Source of the DNA: Candidatus Bipolaricaulia bacterium
GTDB lineage: Bacteria; Bipolaricaulota; Bipolaricaulia; JBHIAT01
NCBI GenBank assembly: GCA_046758705.1
Contig: JBHIAT010000018.1
Location: 1-33,656 of the forward strand
Direction of reading: 5' to 3'
Length of the DNA stretch: 33,656 nt
Shown: positions 1-9,682 of the stretch, in pieces
Layout: each line of letters begins with the position of its first letter
Numbering within the stretch: the stretch's first letter is position 1
Program-made: the position numbers and the translations under genes
The notes under the pieces: generated by a model
Database searches by the model: none
The model's input: the letters and a program-made list of their open reading frames with translations, nothing else
What the model was told of the DNA's origin: nothing

Positions 1-55
1 CGCTGGCAACGCGACTCCTTGCAAGCCCGCTCCGTTTAGGGAGCGGGTACTTGAC
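1..55 (-). mobile_element. Omega-RNA-side end of a third IS200/IS605-type OMEGA (IscB/IsrB) element, truncated by the window edge
   Basis: The reverse complement reads GTCAAGTACCCGCTCCCTAAACGGAGCGGGCTTGCAAGGAG. This is nearly the same terminal hairpin as at 4874 (GTCAAGTACCCGCCTCCTGAAGGGAGCGGGCTTGAAGGAG) and is related to the one at 22978. It begins 2 nt after the permease stop codon. Confidence 0.8.
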
Positions 56-57
56 CT

Positions 58-716
58 TCATGATAGGACCCTCGTCATCCACTCTTTACTGATTTTCCCC
101 ACCAGCAAGCCCAGGAGCAATGCCATCCCTATTCCTGCAACTGCTGAACCCCAGGGAGACGAGAACAGCATCTCTATTCTAGGGACCCCTCTTGGATTGA
201 TCACGCTAAAGAGAACCGGCAATCCCATAACTCCCACGACTATCTCACTGCCAGTCAGAGCATAGGTGATACCCAATAGCTCAATGAAGGCGAACCCCCA
301 AATCGGGATGACGATGACGGTCATCAAAACCAGAGATGGAGATAACGAAGGAAGCTCTCCGAACTTGAACCACGCAAAACTTCCGGAAGTGATCAGAGTT
401 ATCCATTCTATCGGATAGGAGATGATGACAAGTGTAAACGCTTTTCCCAAAAAGAGCTCTCTGACCGTTATCGGTGATGCCAAAAGGTGTACAAACGTTT
501 TGTTAAGTCGTTCACTGTAAAGAATGTCGCTGGCAAGAAAGAATATGCCAAAGAACATTCCCATGAGGGCGGTGGGAACCACGAGCATCTGATCATAATA
601 GGAGACGAAAAGGGCTCCTGAGAGCGAGGGTATGAAAATAGCAAGCGCCAGGCGTCGCCTGGCATGGAGAAAGAAGCGCGCTTCTTTCCACATCATCACT
701 TTGATGGCCTTCGCCT

Positions 717-720
<4 letters not shown>
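58..720 (-). CDS. ABC-2 type exporter permease (RiPP export/immunity)
   Basis: About six hydrophobic segments. The motif ERLNKTFVHLLASPITVRELFLGK matches the E-x3-T-x3-LL-x2-P...LGK pattern of ABC-2 permeases. The GTG start overlaps the ATPase stop. Confidence 0.85.
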
Positions 721-1637
<917 letters not shown>

Positions 1638-1646
1638 ATAAAATCG

Positions 1647-2897
1647 CTATCTAAAGTTATATGAGCAAAGTATCTTTCCATACAAATCACCGGACAGCCG
1701 CTTTTCGACGACACGACAGTCTAGACATCCATAGCGAAGCGCGCAGTCTTTACATCTTTCAATCTGAGAGAGATTAAGACACCAGTACTCATCGACGGTT
1801 CTTGATTCAAAGATTTCGCCGATAACGTGAGAATCTGCAATGTTCCCCAGCACCTCGTCCTTTAAAAACGGACAGGGCAGCAGGTTCCCATCCGCTGACA
1901 CCGCAAGTGTTTGGCCCAGACAAGGATGATACTCGGTATTATGATAAAACACATCCGCGGTTGTTCTCACCATTTGCCTCCCAAGCGCCCTCACACCTTC
2001 AGTTAATTTGCCTTCATCGTTGTCCAAGATCGCTGTTCGTAAAATGCTTCTTGCACCTAGATTTTTGGCGAAATCTTCGATCCTTTGGACTTCAGTTGCG
2101 TTAGCGTTATCAATGACCAGGGTGAGCGTAAACTCGACTCCTTTTTGATGGAAGGCTTGCGCCAGATGGGCTAGTTTCTCTTGTGCAATAAGGCTGCCAT
2201 TTCTCTCTCCCATGAACGGGATCACAGGATGGATCTTGTAACGTGCCAGCCATTTGATCACGGCATGATCAATATGCGTTCCGTTCGTAATCACAAAGAT
2301 TTCGCCATTGAACCCTTCTGCTCGACAGAACTCGGTTATGGATAAGAGTTTATCTTGGTTAGCGATGGGGTCCCCTCCATGGAAAACCAAAGACACGCAC
2401 CGCATGCTAAAAAGCCTTTTCAAGAAAGCACGTAGGAAGCCTTCATTGAATTTTGTTGAGTTCTTTGAACACATAGTACATGGGTAAATCTTCGGGGACT
2501 CGCAGAAAGAGCACGCTAAGTCACAAGCACCAGGAAGCTCGATATAGCACTTTGAAATCACGGGTGGATCCATGAAAAACCTTCCGGTCAGTGAATGTCC
2601 TTTCTTGTATTTTTCTACATAGATCCTTTTGCTGTAGAACCTCCCCATGTCACGAGCGGCCACACGATTGAGAACCTCTTCCACTGAGTTCGTGTCTTTT
2701 GATAATGAATCAGCAATTTCATTGACCCGAAGACCTTTTTCCGCCAAGCGCAAAACCATCGCTATCTCCGAGTTGAGCGCTATCATTTCCCCGGTGAACA
2801 GGTTGTAAATAGCCGAGCCGGTTCTACCTCTTACCAATATACACTCTCTGTTGAGAAAAAAGTGGTGCGCTTTCAACTCATTCACCTCGTTTGTCAA
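1647..2897 (-). CDS. Radical SAM/SPASM peptide maturase 2 (TrnD-like) with probable N-terminal RRE
   Basis: CxxxCxxC motif CDLACSFC; GGDP and TNG core motifs; SPASM cysteines (CLGQ...PCPF...CKDCALRYGCLDC...C); N-terminal AIYNLFTG strands followed by helices. The start may instead be the TTG at 2876, which follows GAGGTG. Confidence 0.85.
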   Translation of the reverse strand: MTNEVNELKAHHFFLNRECILVRGRTGSAIYNLFTGEMIALNSEIAMVLRLAEKGLRVNEIADSLSKDTNSVEEVLNRVAARDMGRFYSKRIYVEKYKKGHSLTGRFFMDPPVISKCYIELPGACDLACSFCESPKIYPCTMCSKNSTKFNEGFLRAFLKRLFSMRCVSLVFHGGDPIANQDKLLSITEFCRAEGFNGEIFVITNGTHIDHAVIKWLARYKIHPVIPFMGERNGSLIAQEKLAHLAQAFHQKGVEFTLTLVIDNANATEVQRIEDFAKNLGARSILRTAILDNDEGKLTEGVRALGRQMVRTTADVFYHNTEYHPCLGQTLAVSADGNLLPCPFLKDEVLGNIADSHVIGEIFESRTVDEYWCLNLSQIERCKDCALRYGCLDCRVVEKRLSGDLYGKILCSYNFR

Positions 2898-4288
2898 AAA
2901 TCCGGAAATGGATCGCTGATCTTTAGAATATCAGATTCTTTCACGCCTGCTTCAAATAGCGACCATAACATCTCAAACCTTACTTTGATGTCTTTCCGGA
3001 TAATAGTACAAAGATCGGACGGATTTCTTTCAAACTTACCATTCCCCGCCACCGTGGCATAGCATACAGAACAAAGCCGAGTGATCGGACAATCAAAACA
3101 TTCAGGATAGATCTGTCTGCGATACAGGTCTATCAGGGTGACTATTTTTTCAATATCAACTCCCGTTTCGATGTCTCCGGTAGGAAACTGTTCGTTTATC
3201 CTTTCACAACAGTGAAAATCTCCCTGCGGATCAACGGCTATCTTGTCACCGGGTATACAGGTTCCAGTATATGGAAGGTAAAGATAATGCGGCCTAAATG
3301 GGATGTTCTGGGGCCTGTTCATGGCCATTTGATAGGCCATACCAAATAAAGCTTCGAGGACTATGAAAACCTTTTCACCGTTGACCAGCTGAGTAAAATA
3401 TCGTTCTCTACAGGCTTCTTGCAAGTGTACAAAGTTAACCTTTTGTTGAGTTGAATATCGATCATACCAGTCCGTAAAGCGTGGCGACACCAGTGAAACT
3501 CTTCCAATGGGAGGCAAAACATCTCCGTTGATTTCAAAAAAGTTGGTTACTGTTTTAAGATCGGTACCCACATCATAACACACTAAAACGCTACATTTTT
3601 CTCTGTAATAATTGGGATATTTTTCACGTATCTTCTGAAGATTGTCCCATACAATACTGAAAGTCCCGGTCCCACCAGGAAAGATCCTCAGTCTATCGTG
3701 CTCGGTTTGTGGACCGTTGAGGCTTATGGCTAGGGCGAAGTCATTGTCGTGAAAGAACTGGATCATCTTGTCAGTTAATATGGTACCATTTGTGGTCAGA
3801 TTGAAGAGGATTCTGCCAGGATAAAGTCCTTTTGCAAATTCAACTGCCTGACAGATCAAGTCAAAATTCCTCAGCGGTTCTCCACCATAGAAACCTATCG
3901 CTGGTATCCTGTACGGATTTCTTCGCTTGACGTGGACAAATCCTTCAAAATACCGCTTGATGGCTTCTCTTGCCACATCTGGAGTCATATATGAGGTTTG
4001 GTGGGTGCGCATGTTGCTATAATTCCCTGAATACACACAATAGAGACACCGAAGGTTACAGTCTTGTGTGGTGATCAGGGTTAGCTGCCTATAGCCCTCA
4101 CTCTTCAGATAGCCTTGGATATCTGATGTCTCGATATCCGGTAAGTCTTTTTCACAGGAAGAGGAAGTTTCTATGGTATGTTCTTCTTTCTTAACGCGCT
4201 CTGCTATTTGTACAGTACCGTCGCGGTCATTATAATAATAAACCGTTCCTTTCTTCGTGTGAAAATAGAACCCCCGGTCTTTAAACAT
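2894..4288 (-). CDS. Radical SAM/SPASM peptide maturase 1 (TrnC/CcpM-like)
   Basis: CNLRCLYC, FYGGEPL, TTNG, and SPASM motif CIPG...HCCER...CFDCPITRLCSVC...C. The ATG at 4288 follows GAGGTGAGG; the ORF track uses the GTG at 4300. Confidence 0.9.
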   Translation of the reverse strand: MFKDRGFYFHTKKGTVYYYNDRDGTVQIAERVKKEEHTIETSSSCEKDLPDIETSDIQGYLKSEGYRQLTLITTQDCNLRCLYCVYSGNYSNMRTHQTSYMTPDVAREAIKRYFEGFVHVKRRNPYRIPAIGFYGGEPLRNFDLICQAVEFAKGLYPGRILFNLTTNGTILTDKMIQFFHDNDFALAISLNGPQTEHDRLRIFPGGTGTFSIVWDNLQKIREKYPNYYREKCSVLVCYDVGTDLKTVTNFFEINGDVLPPIGRVSLVSPRFTDWYDRYSTQQKVNFVHLQEACRERYFTQLVNGEKVFIVLEALFGMAYQMAMNRPQNIPFRPHYLYLPYTGTCIPGDKIAVDPQGDFHCCERINEQFPTGDIETGVDIEKIVTLIDLYRRQIYPECFDCPITRLCSVCYATVAGNGKFERNPSDLCTIIRKDIKVRFEMLWSLFEAGVKESDILKISDPFPDF

Positions 4289-4368
4289 CTTTAGCCTCAC
4301 CTCGCGTTACACAAGATTCTCAGGAGGGGCCTGACGCCGCCTAAGTTCCGTTTCGTAATCTCACACTA

Positions 4369-4536
4369 TCAGCCAAAGAAGTAACCGACGAACACGATTG
4401 CGGCCACTGTGGCTGCCAGTCTATAGCTGCTTTTACATAGCATCCTGCACTGAACACCACAAACCCAGCCGCAAAACCACGGGACTCCTATACCCGCTTC
4501 CGTCTGTCCAGCGCCATTTGCGTTGACGACTTGCAT
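4369..4536 (-). CDS. 55-aa RiPP precursor peptide (sactipeptide-like), absent from the ORF track
   Basis: Hand translation: MQVVNANGAGQTEAGIGVPWFCGWVCGVQCRMLCKSSYRLAATVAAIVFVGYFFG*. Strong RBS (GGGAGGTG) upstream, tandem TGA TAG stops, CxxxCxxxCxxxC motif, directly upstream of two rSAM/SPASM genes. Confidence 0.9.
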   Translation of the reverse strand: MQVVNANGAGQTEAGIGVPWFCGWVCGVQCRMLCKSSYRLAATVAAIVFVGYFFG

Positions 4537-4844
4537 ATTTCACACCTCCCTTTTGTTTTGTTCGCCAGGCCCCTCTTACAGCTTCAGAATAATCCCGGTT
4601 TCAAAGGATGGCCATATCCTAAGTTAAGGAAAAAGCTTGATCTTTGATAAGGGAGGACCTTAACTATTGATCTTCTGAAGAGATGACAAGATTCACCGTC
4701 CTTGCCAGCCGCGTGACCTTGCGAATGGCGATGGGCTGCTTTAAGCTGTGACCGCCCTGATACAAGTGCTGTGGATCAGAACTTCCGACCCAGCGAGAGG
4801 TTACAAAGAAAAAGGTAAGGGAAGGCGGGAAGAAGGAAACCAAC

Positions 4845-4850
4845 TATAAT
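4845..4850 (+). promoter_or_regulatory. Possible -10 box (TATAAT) upstream of the IsrB element and Crp/Fnr gene
   Basis: Perfect TATAAT; no convincing -35 box. Confidence 0.4.
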
Positions 4851-4873
4851 TTCAAGATTTAGAAGGGATCTTT

Positions 4874-5115
4874 GTCAAGTACCCGCCTCCTGAAGGGAGC
4901 GGGCTTGAAGGAGTAGGAGATGCCCACTCCGAAAGTTCGAGCGGTAACGGAAAGACTAGCCTGGGGGAGCAACGCGCCGAGCGCGGGGCGATTGAACCCG
5001 ACTGAACGGTCTAGGCGTGGCAGTCTGAAGGATGTCACGGATGCCTCCCTAGTCTGTGACCTCTCCGACCGTCAGTGGCGAAGGGAAAGTACACACTCCG
5101 CAAGGAGGTTTACGC
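4874..5115 (+). ncRNA. Omega-RNA scaffold of IsrB element 1
   Basis: Lies directly 5' of isrB and contains several hairpins. Complementary segments GACTAG (near 4954) and CTAGTC (near 5049) and a downstream GGCGAAGGGA are typical of omega-RNA scaffolds. Boundaries approximate. Confidence 0.7.
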
Positions 5116-6132
5116 ATGTTCGTACCTGTCTTTGACGTAGACGGGAAGACGCCGCTGATGCCAACCAAGCCTTCACGGGCGAGGCGGTGGATCAAGAGCG
5201 GCAAGGCAACCCCGTTCTGGAAGAGGGGCGTCTTTTGTGTGCGCTTGAATCAAGAACCGAGCGAGCGCAACACGCAAGAGATTGCTGTCGGTGTTGATCC
5301 TGGCAGCCAGCGTGAGGGATACACGGTCAAGTCGGAGGCGCACACGTATCTCAACGTGCAGGCAGATGCGGTGACATGGGTGAAGGATCACGTCAAAACG
5401 CGCCGAGAGATGCGACGCGGGCGGCGGTTCCGCAAGACGCCGTGTCGCAAGCCCCGCTTCAATCGCATGCGAGGGAGTATTCCACCGAGTACGAAAGCAC
5501 GGTGGGGATGGAAGCTGCGGGTCTGTCGATGGTTGACGCAACTCTACCCGGTGACGCGGTTCGTGGTTGAGGACATCAAAGCTCGCACGAAGGGGCAGCG
5601 ACATTGGGATGCCTCATTCTCGCCGCTCGAAGTGGGGAAACAGTGGTTCTACTCCGAGCTGACGAAGCTGGCTCCGGTCGAGACGAAACAGGGCTGGGAG
5701 ACGAAGGAACTGCGAAACTCGCTGAGCCTCAAGAAGAACGGGAATAAGAGGGCTGAAACCTTCGATGCTCACTGCATAGATTCGTGGTGTTTGGCGAACT
5801 CTCATGTCGGCGGGCATACCGAGCCGGACAACACGGCGTTGCTTTGTGTAACCCCGCTGCGCTTCCACCACCGCCAACTCCATCGCCTTCAACCGGAGAA
5901 GAGCGGTAAGCGCAAGCCATACGGTGGTACACTCAGCCTGGGTCTCAAGCGCGGGAGCCTCGTCAGGCACATCCAGTGGGGACTGACCTACGTAGGCGGA
6001 ACACGACGAAATCGGATCAGTTTACACGATGCGACGACAGGGAAACGACTCACACAGTCTGCTAAGAGAGAAGACTGCACGGTACTCACAAGACTTAGAT
6101 GGAGATGGAGGTGTTATCAGCCTATCGGCTGA
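5116..6132 (+). CDS. isrB: IsrB RNA-guided nickase (PLMP domain plus split RuvC, no HNH), 338 aa
   Basis: RBS AAGGAGG; PLMP motif; RuvC-I GVDPG; Arg-rich bridge helix RREMRRGRRFRK; RuvC-II VVED; RuvC-III HCID. No HNH or zinc-finger insertion between RuvC-II and RuvC-III. Confidence 0.88.
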   Translation: MFVPVFDVDGKTPLMPTKPSRARRWIKSGKATPFWKRGVFCVRLNQEPSERNTQEIAVGVDPGSQREGYTVKSEAHTYLNVQADAVTWVKDHVKTRREMRRGRRFRKTPCRKPRFNRMRGSIPPSTKARWGWKLRVCRWLTQLYPVTRFVVEDIKARTKGQRHWDASFSPLEVGKQWFYSELTKLAPVETKQGWETKELRNSLSLKKNGNKRAETFDAHCIDSWCLANSHVGGHTEPDNTALLCVTPLRFHHRQLHRLQPEKSGKRKPYGGTLSLGLKRGSLVRHIQWGLTYVGGTRRNRISLHDATTGKRLTQSAKREDCTVLTRLRWRWRCYQPIG

Positions 6133-6184
6133 CAGGCGTTTCCTCCCGCCCCCTAAACGGGGCGGGTCTCCACGCCTGAATTTT

Positions 6185-6877
6185 ATGAGCCTCCCTAAAT
6201 GTGAGAAATGTAAGAGCTCTTGTGTGTTCTCGAGGGATAGGGGTAAGTTACTCTCCCAGCTCAGGATGGTGAATACGCTCCATTATGAGGGGGGAGAGGT
6301 GATCTTTGAGCAGGGTGGGCCCGTAAGCGGTTGCTACATCATCTGCACAGGGAAGACCAAGGAGAGCTGGCGCACCTCGATGGGTAAGAAGCACACGATT
6401 AAAATCTTAGGCCAAGGAGGGTTGTTAGCTTTTGCAGAGGTCTTATCCAACCAGGTCTGGCATGATACCTGCACTATAGCGCTAGAAGATACGAGCGCAG
6501 TCTTCATCGGCAAGGAAGAGCTGCAAAATCTATTGAGGTGGCAGGAGCTTTCAACGGAGCTTTCCTTAAGATTAGCCAGGGAGACGGTCTTCTTAAAGAG
6601 GGAGCTGGGGTTAAAATCTTACTATGTGGAGGAGCGAGTTGCCAGCCTGCTGCTAACTATAGGCAAGGACTATGGTACGAAAGATGAAGACGGCTCGTTC
6701 ATCGATTTCAAATTCACCAATGAAGAGCTAGCGGAACTTGTGGGCTGCACTCCCGTGACCGTCTCGCGAACCTTAAGCAAGCTGATCAAAAGGAATTTGA
6801 TTTCACGCAATGGTCAAAGGATTAAGATCTTGAATGAACAGGATCTAAAGAGGTTGTCTGCGGATGTCATTCTATAG
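6185..6877 (+). CDS. Crp/Fnr family transcriptional regulator
   Basis: cNMP-binding-like domain (GEVIFEQG...YIICTG) and C-terminal HTH (TNEELAELVGCTPVTVSRTLSKL). Start set at ATG 6185 because the upstream in-frame sequence belongs to the IsrB element. Confidence 0.9.
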   Translation: MSLPKCEKCKSSCVFSRDRGKLLSQLRMVNTLHYEGGEVIFEQGGPVSGCYIICTGKTKESWRTSMGKKHTIKILGQGGLLAFAEVLSNQVWHDTCTIALEDTSAVFIGKEELQNLLRWQELSTELSLRLARETVFLKRELGLKSYYVEERVASLLLTIGKDYGTKDEDGSFIDFKFTNEELAELVGCTPVTVSRTLSKLIKRNLISRNGQRIKILNEQDLKRLSADVIL

Positions 6878-9656
6878 AAAAACGTGGCAGAGGACACCCG
6901 GATTGATCCGGATGGTGAATGCCGCCTCACTTGGCAAACGTTCCCTAACCCTGTATGTTTTGATTTTGCTGATCCTGATGATCGGAATTGGAGGAACAAG
7001 CTTCGCAGCCGCTTATGACCCCAACCTACGGTGGAGAACCTTGGAGACCCCACACTTTCGCATCGTCTTCCATCAGGGGACCGAAGGCCTGGCGCACGAG
7101 GCGGCGTTGGCCGCTGAACAGGCTTATGCGTTCTGGATCGAGGAGCTGAACTATCGGCCAAACGGGAAGGCCAATCTGGTCATCGTCGATGCGGCCGATT
7201 TCGCAAACGGTTTTGCCAGCCTCTTTCCCAACAAAGATATCACCGTCTATACCTCACAAGCCCGGTTCGCCGACTGGGCAAACTCCCGATCCGAATCGTG
7301 GATGGGTCTGGTGGTGTTTCACGAGTACGGCCATGTCGTCGATCTCGACAAGGTGAGCAAAGTCCCAGCCGTATTCCGATCCATCTTTGGAAGGATCATC
7401 CTACTGAATATCAGACCCACGTTGTTCATCGAGGGGATTCCGACCTACGGGGAGTTCCTGAGATCCGGTCACGCCCGCGCCAATGACCCCAGAGATGAGA
7501 TGTACCTTCGCGAGATGACTCTCGAAGATGACTTTCCGTCCTTCGACCGCGCCAGTTCCTACTACAGCCGCGATGAATGGATGCCACCCAGCATGATCTC
7601 CCACGACTACGGCCCCCTGTTCATGCGGTACCTCGAGGAAAGATACGGACGGGGAACGATTGCGGCGTTGAGCGAACGCTACACTCAGAATCTCTTAAAT
7701 TTGAATTTCTTCTTCCCGAACTTCGGCCATGCCCTGAAAAAGACCGTAGGAATATCTCCGAATGCGCTTTACACCGACTTCAAGGCCTGGGCCAAGGGGT
7801 GGTTCGCCGCACAGGTGGAGCGGATCGAAACCGAAGGGATCACCGAGAGCCAAAGAATCACCCGGCTCAGTTACTGGAGCGATCAGCCGGCTTGGTCGCC
7901 GGACGGGGAATGGGTTGTCTATCGCCACAGTGACCCGCGCCGCTTGACCGGATTGAGAATCCTCAGACCTGACGGAGGGGACGACCGATCACTGATCTCG
8001 GGAAGCATCGAGTTTCCAACCTGGTCTCCAGATGGAAGTCGACTGGTATACGCAAAGCTTGATATCTACAGGCATTCCTACTTTTACCAGGATCTCTACC
8101 TCTACGATGTGAAGACCGGAAAAGAAGAACGGCTCACCCAGGGCGCCCGCGCTTACTATCCCGCGCTCATGCCGGACGGAAACAGGGTTCTATTCGCCCG
8201 TCACCGGCTCGGGGATCGGAGCCCCGATCTTGTGATCCTGAATCTGGCGATCCGAGAGGTCACCCCCCTGAAGGTCTTCCCGAACGATACGTTCGTCCAT
8301 TCGTTCGAGATCTCGCCCAGTGGTGAAGAGATTGCGCTCTCCATCTGGAAGCGAGGCGGCTATCAGGACATCTACACGATGCCGATCCACGGAGGTGAGC
8401 TGACGCCGATCACCCAGGACCGAGCGACCGATCTCGACCCCACCTGGTCGCCTGATGGGGAATACATCGTGTTCAACTCGGATCGAGATGGGATCAACAA
8501 TCTGTATGCGTATCGGGTCGCCGATGGTGCCTTGCTAAAGGTGACTAACGTGCGATCGGGCGCGTTTGATCCCGATGTCTCTCCCGATGGCGATCAGATC
8601 GCTTTTGTGGGCTACAGCATTGCCGGCTACGATGTGCACACGATGACGTTCGATCCACAGCGCTGGACCCAGGTTTCCTATACGCATGAAACCCTCCCCC
8701 AGTGGCCGGGTTACCCCGAGACCGATTATCCCATTCATCGCTACAACCCGCTTCCGTCCCTGGTGCCTAAGTGGTGGCTCCCGATCATTGAAGAAAATCA
8801 GGCAGGGTTTTCCACCTTCGGCCTGGACTCGTTGTTCCAGCATTCGTATACGTTGGAGGGTGGATACAACTGGGTCGAGAACCGTCCGTTCTACGCGCTG
8901 AGCTACATCAACAATCGGTTCCATCCCACCCTATCTTTAAGTTTGAGCGGGGATAGCTCTGGGAATCAGCAGCGGTTGGAGGCAGCCTTCCCGGTGGTGA
9001 CCCGACTTCATTCCAGCCAACGGATCTCGGTCGGCTACCGCCGGGACGAGGATCTGAACACTGGGACGATCGACGACACGCTGTTCTCGACGTGGTGGCT
9101 TACCGGCGTTTCGGGACGCGATCTGTTTCAGGATGAGCGCCGGATTACACTGACCGGAGAGCTGAGCATGGAGCGGGGAACGTCCATGCCCCAGCGATCG
9201 CTGATTTTCGATTGGCGCGAAGTGTTCCGGCTGCCCGTGGTTCGGGAGCACCGGCTGGCGGTGAAGCTCTCCGGAGGGTGGAGCGATACGAAAGACCGCT
9301 TTTCGCTCGGGGGGACCGCCGGAACGCTCTTGTTGCGCGGGTTTGCGACCGGGACACTGAGCGGTGCCCAGTTCATCTCAGGAAGCGTCGAGTATCGGTT
9401 TCCGATCGTCTCGATCGAACGAGGGATAGAACTTTCGCCGATCTTCTTCGATGATCTTCGCGGGAGTTTATTTATAGATGGGGGGACGGCTGGAGCGGAT
9501 CTGAGGGCTGTACCGCTCAACGTGGGAGTGGGTGCGGAGCTTCACCTTTCGACCGTTGAGTTCTATGCGGTTCCTCTGAGCTTCCGTCTCGGGGTGGCCT
9601 GGGGGTTGGGTGAGGAGAGCTCGCAGGTCTATGGTGGCCTAGGAACAGCGTTTTAG
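6864..9656 (+). CDS. Exported gluzincin-like peptidase / PD40 (TolB-like) propeller / Omp85-type beta-barrel protein
   Basis: Signal-peptide-like N-terminus; HEYGH...EG zinc motif; repeated P-x-WSPDG; C-terminal LRGF, VEYRFP and terminal Phe as in BamA/TamA barrels. The start may be at 6912. Confidence 0.75.
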   Translation: MSFYRKTWQRTPGLIRMVNAASLGKRSLTLYVLILLILMIGIGGTSFAAAYDPNLRWRTLETPHFRIVFHQGTEGLAHEAALAAEQAYAFWIEELNYRPNGKANLVIVDAADFANGFASLFPNKDITVYTSQARFADWANSRSESWMGLVVFHEYGHVVDLDKVSKVPAVFRSIFGRIILLNIRPTLFIEGIPTYGEFLRSGHARANDPRDEMYLREMTLEDDFPSFDRASSYYSRDEWMPPSMISHDYGPLFMRYLEERYGRGTIAALSERYTQNLLNLNFFFPNFGHALKKTVGISPNALYTDFKAWAKGWFAAQVERIETEGITESQRITRLSYWSDQPAWSPDGEWVVYRHSDPRRLTGLRILRPDGGDDRSLISGSIEFPTWSPDGSRLVYAKLDIYRHSYFYQDLYLYDVKTGKEERLTQGARAYYPALMPDGNRVLFARHRLGDRSPDLVILNLAIREVTPLKVFPNDTFVHSFEISPSGEEIALSIWKRGGYQDIYTMPIHGGELTPITQDRATDLDPTWSPDGEYIVFNSDRDGINNLYAYRVADGALLKVTNVRSGAFDPDVSPDGDQIAFVGYSIAGYDVHTMTFDPQRWTQVSYTHETLPQWPGYPETDYPIHRYNPLPSLVPKWWLPIIEENQAGFSTFGLDSLFQHSYTLEGGYNWVENRPFYALSYINNRFHPTLSLSLSGDSSGNQQRLEAAFPVVTRLHSSQRISVGYRRDEDLNTGTIDDTLFSTWWLTGVSGRDLFQDERRITLTGELSMERGTSMPQRSLIFDWREVFRLPVVREHRLAVKLSGGWSDTKDRFSLGGTAGTLLLRGFATGTLSGAQFISGSVEYRFPIVSIERGIELSPIFFDDLRGSLFIDGGTAGADLRAVPLNVGVGAELHLSTVEFYAVPLSFRLGVAWGLGEESSQVYGGLGTAF

Positions 9657-9682
9657 AGCTAGAGCAGATCGTTCCAGCACCC

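Larger units (their letters stand above)
4874..6184 (+). mobile_element. IS200/IS605-superfamily IsrB (OMEGA) element 1, non-autonomous (no tnpA)
   Basis: Starts at GTCAA plus a hairpin, then about 240 nt of non-coding leader, the isrB ORF, and a nested terminal hairpin (6133-6178). No target-site duplication seen. Confidence 0.85.

Noticed and set aside
4637-4650. Full FNR box
   Set aside because: Only one half-site (TTGAT) matches, so it is kept only as a weak observation.
4920-5135. 71-aa ORF upstream of isrB
   Set aside because: It lies in the omega-RNA scaffold, is out of frame with isrB and has no recognisable motif.
5116-6132. Calling the two RuvC ORFs IscB, Cas9 or TnpB
   Set aside because: There is no HNH insertion between RuvC-II and RuvC-III and no TnpB zinc finger. 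A PLMP N-terminus with a core of about 340 aa fits IsrB. No CRISPR array is nearby.
6029-6184. N-terminal extension of the Crp/Fnr ORF
   Set aside because: It overlaps isrB and the element end; the regulator-like sequence begins at ATG 6185.
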